Of a stretch of 39,069 nucleotides of DNA, positions 26,820-36,161 are shown in pieces. Origin of the DNA: Pseudomonadales bacterium (GTDB lineage Bacteria > Pseudomonadota > Gammaproteobacteria > Pseudomonadales > JBFGWM01); contig JBFGWM010000002.1 in assembly GCA_041588495.1 (NCBI GenBank), positions 1 through 39,069 of the forward strand, given 5' to 3'. The notes beneath the pieces were generated by a model that saw only the letters and a list, made by a program, of their open reading frames with translations, was not told the DNA's origin and did not search any database. The translations under genes were made by a program, and so were the position numbers. The first letter of the stretch is position 1. The number at the start of each line of letters is the position of its first letter.

Positions 26820-28010
26820 ATGGCCGGGGACACCCCCGATTTCGTCTCCATGCTTCGCGAACTGGTTGCCGCGCCATCGGTGAGCAGCACGCGGCCCGAG
26901 CTGGACACGGGCAACCGGGAGGTCACCGAGAAGCTTGCCGACTGGCTGCTCGACCTGGGCTTTTCCATCGAGCTTCTCGATGTCCCCGATCGCCCGGAAA
27001 AGGTCAACCTGATCGCCACCCTCGGGCACGGCAGCGGCGGCCTCGTGTTCTCAGGGCACACGGACACCGTGCCCTGCAACCCGGCGCGCTGGACGTCGGA
27101 CCCGTTCACGCTGGATGAGCGCGACGACCGGCTCTACGGGCTCGGCACGGCGGACATGAAGGGCTTTTTCCCGCTGGCCATCGAGGCGCTGCGTCCGTAC
27201 GTCGGCAGGCAGCTTCGCGAACCCCTGATCATCGTCGCCACCGCGGACGAGGAGAGTTCCATGCACGGCGCCCGCGCGCTGGCCGACGCCGGCAAGCCAC
27301 GTGCCCGCTACGCGGTGATCGGCGAACCCACGGGCCTGGTGCCGATCCGCATGCACAAGGGCATCATGATGGAACGCGTCTCCATCCAGGGCCGCTCGGG
27401 CCATTCCTCGGACCCGGCCCTGGGCTGTAACGCGCTCGAGTGCATGCACGCGGTGATCGCCGAGTTGCTCGCGTGCCGCGACCAGCTGCAGGACGAGTTC
27501 CGCAATGACGCGTTCGCGGTGCCCACGCCGACACTGAACCTGGGCAGCCTCCACGGCGGCGACAACCCCAACCGGATTTGCGGCGCCGCGGAACTGGAGT
27601 ACGACCTCCGGACCCTCCCCGAGATGCAGATTCCCGTGGTCCGCGACCGCCTGCGCAGCCGCACCCGGGAAGCCGCGCTGAAGTTTGGCGCCGAGATCGA
27701 GACCGCCGCATTGTTCAACGGCATCGAGGCATTCGAGTTACCGGCTGCCAGCGACCTGGTCGCCACCTGCGAGCAACTCACGGGTGAGGCCGCCCGCGCG
27801 GTCGCCTTTGCCACCGAGGCGCCGTATTTCGCCCAACTGGGCATGGAAACCATCGTGCTCGGGCCCGGCAATATCGAGCAGGCCCACCAGCCGGACGAAT
27901 ACCTCGCCATGGAGCGCGTGAACCCGACCATCCGCATCCTGCGCGGTCTCATCGAGCGCTACTGCATTGGCGACGCGCCGGAGCTGCCGCCGGACGCTGC
28001 CGGCACCTGA
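26820..28010 (+). CDS. argE: Acetylornithine deacetylase (M20 peptidase family)
   Basis: LRELVAAPSVSS.., FSGHTDTVP, GLGTADMKGFF and ATADEE are ArgE/DapE-type metal-ligand blocks. It lies next to argA. Confidence 0.85.
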   Translation: MAGDTPDFVSMLRELVAAPSVSSTRPELDTGNREVTEKLADWLLDLGFSIELLDVPDRPEKVNLIATLGHGSGGLVFSGHTDTVPCNPARWTSDPFTLDERDDRLYGLGTADMKGFFPLAIEALRPYVGRQLREPLIIVATADEESSMHGARALADAGKPRARYAVIGEPTGLVPIRMHKGIMMERVSIQGRSGHSSDPALGCNALECMHAVIAELLACRDQLQDEFRNDAFAVPTPTLNLGSLHGGDNPNRICGAAELEYDLRTLPEMQIPVVRDRLRSRTREAALKFGAEIETAALFNGIEAFELPAASDLVATCEQLTGEAARAVAFATEAPYFAQLGMETIVLGPGNIEQAHQPDEYLAMERVNPTIRILRGLIERYCIGDAPELPPDAAGT

Positions 28011-28070
28011 AACGCGTCCGCCACGACTGGTTTATCATTGCATTCATAGAACTTCACGGAGCATCCGGTC

Positions 28071-29384
28071 TTGGAACCGTCCCCCACGGCGGAACAGGTG
28101 CGCTGGTTTCGCAGCGCGGCGCCCTACGTTCACGGTCATCGTGGCAGCACCCTGGTCCTGATGGCGGACGGGGATGCCCTCGCGCACCCACACCGCAATC
28201 GCATGCTCCACGACGTGGCCCTGCTCAACAGCCTGGGCATCCGTATCGTGCTGTGCTTCGGCACCCGCCCGCAGGTCACCGCGCAGTTGCAGGCAGAGGG
28301 CATCACCTGCGAGTTCCACCAGGGGCTGCGCGTCACCACCGAGGCCATGCTGCCGGCGGTGAAAGCTGTCGCCGGGTCCCTGCGCATGGAAATCGAGGGG
28401 GCGTTCTCGATGGGCATGCCGGGCTCGCCGATGCAGGGCGCGCGCACCCGGGTCTGCGGGGGCAACTTCGTCACCGCGCGCCCCGCCGGCGTGCGTGACG
28501 GGGTCGACCTCGGCTTCACCGGGGTCCTGCGTCGCATCGACCGGAAGGCGATCCGGCAGGCCCTCGACGAGGGCATGATCGTGCTCCTGCCGCCCGTCGG
28601 GTTCTCCCCGAGCGGCGAGGTCTTCAACCTCTCGGCCGAGGACGTGGCCACCTTCTGTGCGACCCAGCTGGACGCGGACAAGCTGGTGGTGCTGACCGCC
28701 CTGGACGGCATACGCAATGAACAGGGCGCACTGTTGCGGGAAATGACCCCCGAACAGGCGGAGTCGGCGCTCGGGTCCGACACGCCAGAATCCATGCAGC
28801 GCCCGTTGCGGGCGGCGATCAACGCCTGTCGCGGCGGTGTGAAGCGCGCCCACCTGGTGAGCTTCGCCACCGACGGCACGCTGCTGACCGAGCTTTTCAC
28901 CCGCGACGGCTGCGGCACCATGATCACCGGCGAAGACTACGAGGAACTGGCCTCCGCCTCGGTCGAACACGTGGGCGGCATCCTGCAGGTGATCGAGCCC
29001 CTGGAGGAATCAGGCGCACTGGTCCGCCGCTCGCGGGAGCTGCTGGAAAGCGAGATCGATCGTTTCACGGTGATCCTGCGCGACGGCTCGGTGATCGGCT
29101 GCGCGGCCCTGTACCCGTTTGCCGATGCCGCGGCGGGAGAACTCGCCTGCATCGCGATCGACCCCGCTTACCGGGACGCCGGGCGCGCCAGGAAGCTGCT
29201 GGCCAGGATCGAGGCGCAGGCCCGCGCGGCAAAACTCGAGACCCTTTTCGTGCTCACCACCGAGGCCCAGCACTGGTTCCTCGAAAACGGCTTTGCCGCC
29301 ACTTCCCCCGATGACCTGCCCGGCAGGCGCCGCGAGCTGTACAACTACCAGCGCAACAGCAAGGTTTTCGCCAAGCGCCTGTAG
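28071..29384 (+). CDS. argA: Amino-acid N-acetyltransferase (N-acetylglutamate synthase)
   Basis: 437 aa. An amino-acid-kinase-fold N-terminal domain (FRSAAPYVHGHRGSTLVL) is followed by a C-terminal GNAT domain (ELACIAIDPAYRDAGRARKLL). The TTG start at 28071 has ACGGAG 10 nt upstream and is moderately uncertain. Confidence 0.88.
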   Translation: MEPSPTAEQVRWFRSAAPYVHGHRGSTLVLMADGDALAHPHRNRMLHDVALLNSLGIRIVLCFGTRPQVTAQLQAEGITCEFHQGLRVTTEAMLPAVKAVAGSLRMEIEGAFSMGMPGSPMQGARTRVCGGNFVTARPAGVRDGVDLGFTGVLRRIDRKAIRQALDEGMIVLLPPVGFSPSGEVFNLSAEDVATFCATQLDADKLVVLTALDGIRNEQGALLREMTPEQAESALGSDTPESMQRPLRAAINACRGGVKRAHLVSFATDGTLLTELFTRDGCGTMITGEDYEELASASVEHVGGILQVIEPLEESGALVRRSRELLESEIDRFTVILRDGSVIGCAALYPFADAAAGELACIAIDPAYRDAGRARKLLARIEAQARAAKLETLFVLTTEAQHWFLENGFAATSPDDLPGRRRELYNYQRNSKVFAKRL

Positions 29385-29432
29385 TATCATTTCGCCGCCT
29401 CCGGACACCACCAGAACACACGGGTACTCACC

Positions 29433-31115
29433 ATGTCGGACCAGGACAAGCGCAGGTATTCCTCCATCGTCGTCGATGGCGTCGAGCAGACGCCGAGCCG
29501 CGCCATGCTGCGCGCCGTGGGCTTCGGGGACGACGACTTCAAGCGTCCCCAGGTCGGCATCGCATCCACCTGGAGCATGGTCACCCCGTGCAACATGCAC
29601 ATCGACCAGCTTGCCCGCGAGGCGGCCTCCGGCGCCGACGCAGCGGGCGGCAAGAGCATCATCTTCAACACCATCACCGTCTCGGACGGCATCTCGATGG
29701 GCACGCCCGGCATGCGGTATTCGCTGGTTTCGCGCGAAGTGATCGCTGACTCCATCGAAACGGTGACCGGCGCCCAGGGTTTCGACGGGCTGGTCACCAT
29801 CGGCGGCTGCGACAAGAACATGCCGGGCTGCGTCATCGCCATGGCCCGCCTCAACCGGCCGGCCGTGTTCGTCTACGGCGGCACCATCAAGCCGGGCAGC
29901 GGCCGCCGCGACATCGTCTCGGTGTTCGAGGCGGTCGGCGGCCACGCGAACGGCTCGGTTTCGGACATCGAACTGCTCGACGTGGAGCGCACGGCGATCC
30001 CCGGACCCGGGTCCTGCGGCGGCATGTACACGGCCAACACCATGGCGTCCGCCATCGAGGCACTGGGTCTGAGCCTGCCCGGCAGTTCCGCACAGGAAGC
30101 GGTATCCGAGTCCAAGCTCGAGGACTGCCGGCGCGCGGGCCGCGCGGTGCTCGAGTTGCTCGAGCAGGGCATCACACCGCGGGACATCATGACCCGCGAG
30201 GCCTTCGAGAACGCCATCACCGTGGTCATCGCCCTGGGCGGATCGACCAATGCCGTACTCCACCTGCTGGCCATGGCCCATTCGATTGGCGTTGAACTCG
30301 AACTCGACGATTTCACACGCATCGGCGCACGCGTGCCGGTGCTGGCCGACGTCAAGCCCAGCGGACGCTACCTGATGTCGGAACTGATCGAGATCGGGGG
30401 TATCCAGCCGCTGATGAAGACCCTGCTCGACGCCGGACTGCTGCACGGCGACTGCCTCACCGTCACCGGGCGGACCCTTGCCGAAAATCTCGCCGAGGTG
30501 GCCCCGTACCCGGAAGGCCAGGACATCGTTCGCCCCCTCGACGATCCCATCAAGAAGGACAGTCACCTGGTGGTGCTTTACGGCAACCTCGCACCCGGGG
30601 GTGCGGTGGCCAAGATCACCGGCAAGGAAGGCCTGCAGTTCACCGGTACCGCGCGGCCGTACCATTCCGAGGAGGAAGCCCTCGCGGCGATTCTCGAGGG
30701 CGAGATCGGCGCGGGAGACATCGTGGTGATCCGCTACGAGGGACCCCGTGGCGGCCCCGGCATGCGCGAGATGCTGAGCCCCACCAGCGCCATCATGGGC
30801 AAGGGCCTCGGCAAGGACGTGGCGCTGATCACCGACGGACGCTTTTCGGGGGGCAGCCACGGCTTCGTGGTCGGTCATGTCACCCCGGAGGCGGCCAGCG
30901 GCGGACCGCTGGCACTGGTCGCCGACGGCGACCGCATCACCATCGATGCCGAGAAGCGGGAGATCACCCTGCACGTCGAGGACGCCGAACTCGCCCAGCG
31001 GAAATCCGCATGGGCGCCACCGGAAGGCGAAAAACGCGGCGTGCTTGCCAAGTATGCCGCGCAGGTCAGTTCCGCCTCGGAAGGCGCGGTGACCGACAAG
31101 TACCTGGAGGACTGA
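29433..31115 (+). CDS. ilvD: Dihydroxy-acid dehydratase
   Basis: 560 aa. [31 protein letters not shown] and ITDGRFSGG are the IlvD/Edd signatures. Confidence 0.93.
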   Translation: MSDQDKRRYSSIVVDGVEQTPSRAMLRAVGFGDDDFKRPQVGIASTWSMVTPCNMHIDQLAREAASGADAAGGKSIIFNTITVSDGISMGTPGMRYSLVSREVIADSIETVTGAQGFDGLVTIGGCDKNMPGCVIAMARLNRPAVFVYGGTIKPGSGRRDIVSVFEAVGGHANGSVSDIELLDVERTAIPGPGSCGGMYTANTMASAIEALGLSLPGSSAQEAVSESKLEDCRRAGRAVLELLEQGITPRDIMTREAFENAITVVIALGGSTNAVLHLLAMAHSIGVELELDDFTRIGARVPVLADVKPSGRYLMSELIEIGGIQPLMKTLLDAGLLHGDCLTVTGRTLAENLAEVAPYPEGQDIVRPLDDPIKKDSHLVVLYGNLAPGGAVAKITGKEGLQFTGTARPYHSEEEALAAILEGEIGAGDIVVIRYEGPRGGPGMREMLSPTSAIMGKGLGKDVALITDGRFSGGSHGFVVGHVTPEAASGGPLALVADGDRITIDAEKREITLHVEDAELAQRKSAWAPPEGEKRGVLAKYAAQVSSASEGAVTDKYLED

Positions 31116-31151
31116 CGGGGCCCCGCACCTCGTCCCGGAGGGCGGGATGGG

Positions 31152-31166
31152 GTACAGTGACTGTAC
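31152..31166. promoter_or_regulatory. Perfect 7-1-7 palindrome GTACAGT-G-ACTGTAC upstream of the oxygenase gene (candidate operator)
   Basis: All 7 arm positions pair. It lies in the 120-bp ilvD-oxygenase spacer, 70 nt upstream of ATG 31236. Confidence 0.35.
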
Positions 31167-31200
31167 AATGTGCCGAGATTTCTATCTTTTTTACATTGTA
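31164..31200. repeat. 8-bp inverted repeat TACAATGT / ACATTGTA separated by a 21-nt T-rich spacer, overlapping the 7-1-7 palindrome
   Basis: The arms are at 31164-31171 and 31193-31200. The spacer is gccgagatttctatctttttt. A -10-like TATAGA lies at 31199-31204. Confidence 0.35.
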
Positions 31201-31235
31201 TAGATTCACCGCTGTCACCGGAGGTCTGCCCGACA

Positions 31236-32660
31236 ATGTCCGCCCCCAGCGCTCTGCCCGAAGCCGAGATCACGCCATACCTGCTCGGTCCCTACGCCCC
31301 GGTATCCGAGGAGATCGTGTGTTCCGATCCCGAGGTGATCGGCGAGATTCCGCGCGACCTGCACGGGTGCTACTACCGTAACGGGCCGAACCCGAAGTAT
31401 GCGCCGCGTGGACGCTACCACTGGTTCGACGGCGATGGCATGGTGCACGCCATCCATTTCGAGGATGGTGCCGCAACCTATCGTAACCGCTGGGTCGACA
31501 CTCGCGCCCTGCGCGCCGAGACCGAGGCGGGGCAGTCGATTTTCGGCGGCCTCATCGAACCGGATTTCAGCAATCCGCTGGGGCCGATCAAGGACACCGC
31601 CAATACGGACGTCGTATTTCACAACGGCGAGATCCTGGCGCTCTGGTACCGTAGCGGCGAACCCCTGGCGCTGGACCCGGTCACCCTGGAAACCCGGGGC
31701 CCGCAGACGTTTTCCGGAACCCGGCCCTCGCCGATGTCGGCGCATGCCAAGGTCGACCCGGCCACCGGCGAACTGTTCTTCTTCCACTACGATCACCGGC
31801 CGCCATACATGCATTACGGAGTGATCTCGGCAGACGGCCGTCTGCAGCACTGGCGACCGGTTGAACTGCCTGCGGAGCGTTTCCCCCACGATCTCGCGAT
31901 CACCCGCAATCACGCGATCCTCATGGACCTGCCAGTGTATTTCGATCCGGAGATCCGCCGCCACGGCAAGTGGAAGATGATGTTCAACCGCGAACTGCCG
32001 GCACGCTTCGCGATCGTTCCACGCTATGGCGATGCGGCGGTCACCCACTGGTTCGAGGCCGAACCCTGTTACATCTACCACGTGATCAACGCCTGGGAGG
32101 AAGGTCCCGAGGTGGTCATGGACGTGTGCCGCGTCGCCGACCCGGTCCCCGCCGGCAACCCCGGCGACAGCGCCCTGGAACGTGCGCTCAAGAACCTCCG
32201 CATCCAGGCGCGCCTGTATCGCTACCGGTTCAACCTTGAAACCGGCACCACCCACGAGGCACAGACCGGCGAACTCAACACCGAGTTTCCGACCATGAAC
32301 ACCACGTACACAGGGGTGCCGTCGCGATATGCCTACGCGATGCACATCCCGGAAGCACGCACCCTGCTGTTCGACGGCATCGTGCGCCACGATAACCAGA
32401 CCGGGAACTGCGACGTGTACCGCTGGGAACAGGGCTGGTATGGCAGCGAGGCGCCCTTTGCCCCGCGCATCGGCGCGACTGCCGAGGACGACGGGTACCT
32501 GGTAACCTTTGGCACCGACGCCGCCGGCGCCCACTCCGAGTGCCGCATCCTCGACGCCGCGAACATCGGCGCCGGGCCTGTGGCACGCATCCGCATCCCC
32601 GCGCGGGTCCCTCTCGGCTTCCACGCCTGCTGGGCGCCCGGCGGACAGTTGCCCGGCTGA
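31236..32660 (+). CDS. Carotenoid cleavage oxygenase family protein (apocarotenoid/stilbene-type dioxygenase)
   Basis: The FDGDGMVH block is present. All four iron-ligand His contexts are present: SAHAKVDPATGELFFF, PHDLAITRNH, YIYHVINAWEE and PLGFHACW. ATG 31236 has GGAGG about 11 nt upstream. The track's GTG 31170 lies inside the AT-rich regulatory region. Confidence 0.85.
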   Translation: MSAPSALPEAEITPYLLGPYAPVSEEIVCSDPEVIGEIPRDLHGCYYRNGPNPKYAPRGRYHWFDGDGMVHAIHFEDGAATYRNRWVDTRALRAETEAGQSIFGGLIEPDFSNPLGPIKDTANTDVVFHNGEILALWYRSGEPLALDPVTLETRGPQTFSGTRPSPMSAHAKVDPATGELFFFHYDHRPPYMHYGVISADGRLQHWRPVELPAERFPHDLAITRNHAILMDLPVYFDPEIRRHGKWKMMFNRELPARFAIVPRYGDAAVTHWFEAEPCYIYHVINAWEEGPEVVMDVCRVADPVPAGNPGDSALERALKNLRIQARLYRYRFNLETGTTHEAQTGELNTEFPTMNTTYTGVPSRYAYAMHIPEARTLLFDGIVRHDNQTGNCDVYRWEQGWYGSEAPFAPRIGATAEDDGYLVTFGTDAAGAHSECRILDAANIGAGPVARIRIPARVPLGFHACWAPGGQLPG

Positions 32661-32677
32661 ATGGAGCACTGAACGCC

Positions 32678-33910
32678 ATGAGCAGCAAACCCGTATTCAT
32701 CCTCGGCGGCTACCAGACCGACTTTGCCGTCAAGTACTGCCGCGAGGGACGCTCTGTCACCGACCTGCTCGCGGACACTGCCGCGGGCGCGCTGGATGCC
32801 TGCGGCGTCGATGCGGAACGGATCGAGGCTGCCCACGTGGGCAACTTCGTGAGCGAACTGTATTGCGGACAAAGCCATCTCGGCGGGGTGCTCGCAGAGG
32901 CGGTACCCGGCCTCCGCGGCCTGCCCATCAGCCGCCACGAGGCCGCGTGCGCCTCGGGCAGCATGGCGGCCCTCGGCGCGATGACCGCGATCGAGGCCGG
33001 GCGACAGGACCTGGTACTGGTTACCGGCGTCGAATACATGCGCAACGTGGACGGTCGCACCGGCGCCAACCACCTTGCCGCAGCCGCGTGGGTGGGCAAC
33101 GAGGGCCAGGCGGCGGAATATGCCTGGCCGTGGATGTTCAACCAGGTCCTGGAGGAATACGACCGCCGTTACGGGATCGATTACCGGCACCTGGCGGAAA
33201 TCGCCCGCATCAATTTCGGCAATGCGCGCCGCAACCCCCACGCCCAGACCCGCGGCTGGCAAATGGACGAAACCAGCTTTGCCGAGGACGACCAGGCCAA
33301 CCCGCGCGTGGAAGGCCGCCTGCGGCGTTCAGACTGCGCGCAGATCACCGATGGCGGCGCCGGGATCGTGCTGGCCTCCGAGGCGGGAGCGCGGGCCTGG
33401 GCAAAAGAACACGACACCAACCTGGAATCGATCCCGCGCATTCTCGGCTGGGGCCACCGCACCGCGCGCATCAGTTACGCGGGCAAGATCAGCGACAGTT
33501 GCGATCAGGAACGCATGTTCCCCCACGTGGCGGAAACGATCCGCGATGCATTCCGGCGCGCCGCGGTCCCCGGGGTCGAGGGCATTGACGGCATCGAGAC
33601 CCACGACTGCTTCACCATCAGCGAGTACATGGCGATCGACCACTTCGGCATCACGCCACCCGGCCAGTCCTGGCAGGCCATCGAGGAGGGCACCGTCGCC
33701 TTCGGCGGTCGCCTGCCCGTCAACCCGAGTGGCGGCCTCATCGGCCTGGGACACCCGGTGGGCGCGACTGGCGTACGCATGCTGCTCGATGCTTCGAAAC
33801 AGGTCACCGGCAGGGCGGGAGAATACCAGGTGCCCGGCGCAAAACGCTTCGCGACCCTGAACATCGGCGGCAGCACCACGACCACGGCCTGCTTCGTCGT
33901 CGGTCGATGA
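32678..33910 (+). CDS. Thiolase-fold protein, SCP2-thiolase-like
   Basis: MSSKPVFILGGYQTDF.., nucleophile context HEAACASGSMA, NPSGGLIGLGHPVGATG, and C-terminal NIGGSTTTTACFVV. The start is set at ATG 32678 (GGAG about 11 nt upstream). The stop overlaps the next ATG (ATGA at 33907-33910). Confidence 0.8.
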   Translation: MSSKPVFILGGYQTDFAVKYCREGRSVTDLLADTAAGALDACGVDAERIEAAHVGNFVSELYCGQSHLGGVLAEAVPGLRGLPISRHEAACASGSMAALGAMTAIEAGRQDLVLVTGVEYMRNVDGRTGANHLAAAAWVGNEGQAAEYAWPWMFNQVLEEYDRRYGIDYRHLAEIARINFGNARRNPHAQTRGWQMDETSFAEDDQANPRVEGRLRRSDCAQITDGGAGIVLASEAGARAWAKEHDTNLESIPRILGWGHRTARISYAGKISDSCDQERMFPHVAETIRDAFRRAAVPGVEGIDGIETHDCFTISEYMAIDHFGITPPGQSWQAIEEGTVAFGGRLPVNPSGGLIGLGHPVGATGVRMLLDASKQVTGRAGEYQVPGAKRFATLNIGGSTTTTACFVVGR

Positions 33911-35115
33911 ACCAGGCGTGGATCGGCACCCTGGCGCGCACCCCGGTGGCGCGCGCCGGGCGCCGCGGCGCGTTTGCCGGCGTGCGGCCCGTCGACCTGC
34001 TGCACAGTGTGCTCAATGCCCTGCGTGAACGCTTCCCGGAGGTGCCGGAGCAGGCCGGCGACCTGTTGCTCGGGTGCGTGGACGCGGTCGGCGAGCAGGG
34101 CGCCAACCTGGCCCGGATCGGCGTGCTGTACGCGGGCTGGCCGGAGCGCCTGCCCGGCATGACCGTGAGCCGCTTTTGTCCCAGCGGTCTGGAGGCAGTC
34201 AACCTGGCCGCGGCGCGCATCCGCTCCGGGCAGGACGAACTGCTGGTCGCCGGCGGCGTGGAGTCCCTGTCCCGGGTGCCCCTGTTCAGCGACAGGGGTG
34301 CATGGTTCGCGGACCCGGATGTCGCCGCGCGCACCCGCTTCCTCCACATGGGCGTCGCCGCGGATCTGCTTGCGGCCCGCGAAGGCATCCCGCGCGAGAC
34401 CCTCGACGCATGGGCACTGCGCTCCCACCGACTGGCAGGCACGGCACGTGGCGGAGACGCACATTTTCCCTCCGTGGTTCCGGTCAACGATGGCGACGGG
34501 ACGCAACTGCTGGCCATGGACGACGCCTGGCGCGCGAACCCGGACCCGGAAGATTTCGCCGCGGCCGAGCCGGCCTTTGACGGGCCGGACTTCGCGGCCG
34601 CACGGAAACTCGCGGGCCGCGAGTCGGGTCTTGCCACGGTGCCGGCCCTGCACCACGCGGGCACTGCCCCGGCTCTCGCCGATGCCGCCGCCCTCGCCGT
34701 ACTGGGCAGCCGTGAAGGCCTCTCGCGCTGCGGGCTGCCGGCGCGGGCCCGCGTCGTTGATTGTGCGGTCGCGGCCGCCGACCCGGTCATCATGCTCACC
34801 GCGCACGTCGACGCCACCCGCCGCCTGCTGGCGCGCAACGGTCTTGCTCCGGAAAACATCGACGTGTTCGAGATCAACGAATCCTTCGCGGCCAGCGTGA
34901 TCCATTACCAGCAGGCGCTGGACATCGACCCTGACAGGATCAACAACCGCGGCGGGGCCATTGCCATCGGCCATCCCCTCGGGGCGACCGGCGCGGTATT
35001 GCTGGCCAACGCGGTGGAACGCCTGGAGGCGGAGGACAGGAACCTGGCCCTGGTCGCCATCCCCGGCGGCGCGGGGGTCGGCGTGGCGACCCTGGTCAGC
35101 CGGGAGGGTTCGTGA
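33907..35115 (+). CDS. Thiolase family protein (acetyl-CoA C-acyltransferase-like) lacking the C-terminal acid-base Cys
   Basis: The motifs are SRFCPSGLEA (nucleophile Cys), HHAGTAPALADAAA, FEINESFA and NNRGGAIAIGHPLGATG. The usual C-I/V-G-G-G motif reads AIPGGAGVG, with Pro at 35062-35064. Confidence 0.8.
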   Translation: MNQAWIGTLARTPVARAGRRGAFAGVRPVDLLHSVLNALRERFPEVPEQAGDLLLGCVDAVGEQGANLARIGVLYAGWPERLPGMTVSRFCPSGLEAVNLAAARIRSGQDELLVAGGVESLSRVPLFSDRGAWFADPDVAARTRFLHMGVAADLLAAREGIPRETLDAWALRSHRLAGTARGGDAHFPSVVPVNDGDGTQLLAMDDAWRANPDPEDFAAAEPAFDGPDFAAARKLAGRESGLATVPALHHAGTAPALADAAALAVLGSREGLSRCGLPARARVVDCAVAAADPVIMLTAHVDATRRLLARNGLAPENIDVFEINESFAASVIHYQQALDIDPDRINNRGGAIAIGHPLGATGAVLLANAVERLEAEDRNLALVAIPGGAGVGVATLVSREGS

Positions 35116-36161
35116 GCGCCGCCGGCGCACAACGCCATCACGGCGTTGCGGAGCGTTTCTCCCACCTCCTGCGCAGCCTCAACCTGTCCCGCGAGGAATT
35201 CCTGGAACGGATCGACCACGCGGTCACCGACTCCAGTTTCTTTTCCATCGCCAACGGCCACCGCAAACCGAGCCGCGCCCTGGCGGTGCTGATCGAACGG
35301 ACCTGGGGTTTTCGCGCCGCCTATCTGCTGGAGGGCGAGGGCGAACCCTGGGTCGATGCGCAACCGGGCGCCGACGCCGGCCTGTCCGCGGACGAGCAGG
35401 AAATCGTGGACTTCATGCGCGCATCGACCGCCAACGCGGAGGAGATCCGGCGCAGCAAGGACCAGCGCGAGATCTGGTCGCGACTGGCCCGACGCAACCA
35501 GCGCGCCACCGCGCAGTTGCGCCAGCACGGCCAGACCGGGGAAGGTCCCGACCGCGAACAGTATCCCCTGCTCTGCCAGCTCACCTTCACCGAATCACAC
35601 CGCGTCGCCGAGCATTTCAAGCGCTACCTGGACCTCCACCATGAACGCCGCATCCACCGCCTGAACACCCTGTTCGTCAGCCAGTTCCTCGACGAGATCC
35701 CGCGCGTTCACCTGGACGCCACGGAACGCAAGGCTCTGAATCGGATCATGAAGCCGCTGCTGAGCGCACGCAGGAAACAATTGGAAGATATCGATGCCGC
35801 GATCGGCCGGGCCCGGGAAACACTGCTGGGCATCTGCGACATGGAACTTCCCGCGGATTACCTCTCGCGCACCACCGACATGCCCACGGCCACGACTACC
35901 CCCGAACAACAACTGCGCGGGCTGGTGGAGGAGATCGAAAGCGGTGCCCACGGCGACGAGGCCCGTAAACTCGGCGGACGCCTGCGCGCCACCCTCGAGG
36001 CGATGTCTGAGCCGGGAGCTCAGACCTTCGCGCACCTGATGCGCCGGGTCACGAGGCGTATCCTGGAACAGCTCGAACCAGGCGCAAGTACACCGCCCGT
36101 CACCGATGCGGAAGAGATGGAAGCTCGCTACGCGCTCAGCATCCGGACCCTTCTGCGCTGA
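35112..36161 (+). CDS. XRE-type helix-turn-helix protein with ~250-aa uncharacterised helical C-terminal domain
   Basis: The N-terminus FSHLLRSLNLSREEFLERIDHAVTDSSFFSIANGHRKPSRALAVLIERTWGFRAAYLLEGEGEPW has the Cro/C1-type HTH layout. GTG 35112 overlaps the thiolase stop (GTGA) and has GGGAGGG just upstream. I cannot assign the remaining part. Confidence 0.6.
   Translation: MSAAGAQRHHGVAERFSHLLRSLNLSREEFLERIDHAVTDSSFFSIANGHRKPSRALAVLIERTWGFRAAYLLEGEGEPWVDAQPGADAGLSADEQEIVDFMRASTANAEEIRRSKDQREIWSRLARRNQRATAQLRQHGQTGEGPDREQYPLLCQLTFTESHRVAEHFKRYLDLHHERRIHRLNTLFVSQFLDEIPRVHLDATERKALNRIMKPLLSARRKQLEDIDAAIGRARETLLGICDMELPADYLSRTTDMPTATTTPEQQLRGLVEEIESGAHGDEARKLGGRLRATLEAMSEPGAQTFAHLMRRVTRRILEQLEPGASTPPVTDAEEMEARYALSIRTLLR

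Noticed and set aside
28028-28047. ARG-box-like AT-rich element TTTATCATTGCATTCATA upstream of argA.
   Set aside because: Only one half-site (ATTCA) matches the TGAAT-N4-ATTCA consensus and the left half does not match. This is too weak to call without a genome-specific ArgR matrix.
31122-31146. Hairpin CCCGC(A)CCTC-gtcccg-GAGGGCGGG just after the ilvD stop, as an intrinsic terminator.
   Set aside because: The 9-bp bulged stem is real, but no U-tract follows (ATGGGGTAC). It may still pause or terminate transcription, but it does not meet canonical criteria. The hairpins at 19546-19561 and 23568-23583 also lack U-tracts.
31152-31171. Possible LexA (SOS) box, because of the CTGT/ACAG elements.
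   Set aside because: The gammaproteobacterial SOS box is CTGT-N8-ACAG. Here the arrangement is ACAG-TGA-CTGT (inverted order, 3-nt spacing), and CTGTACAATGTGCCGA has no ACAG at +12.
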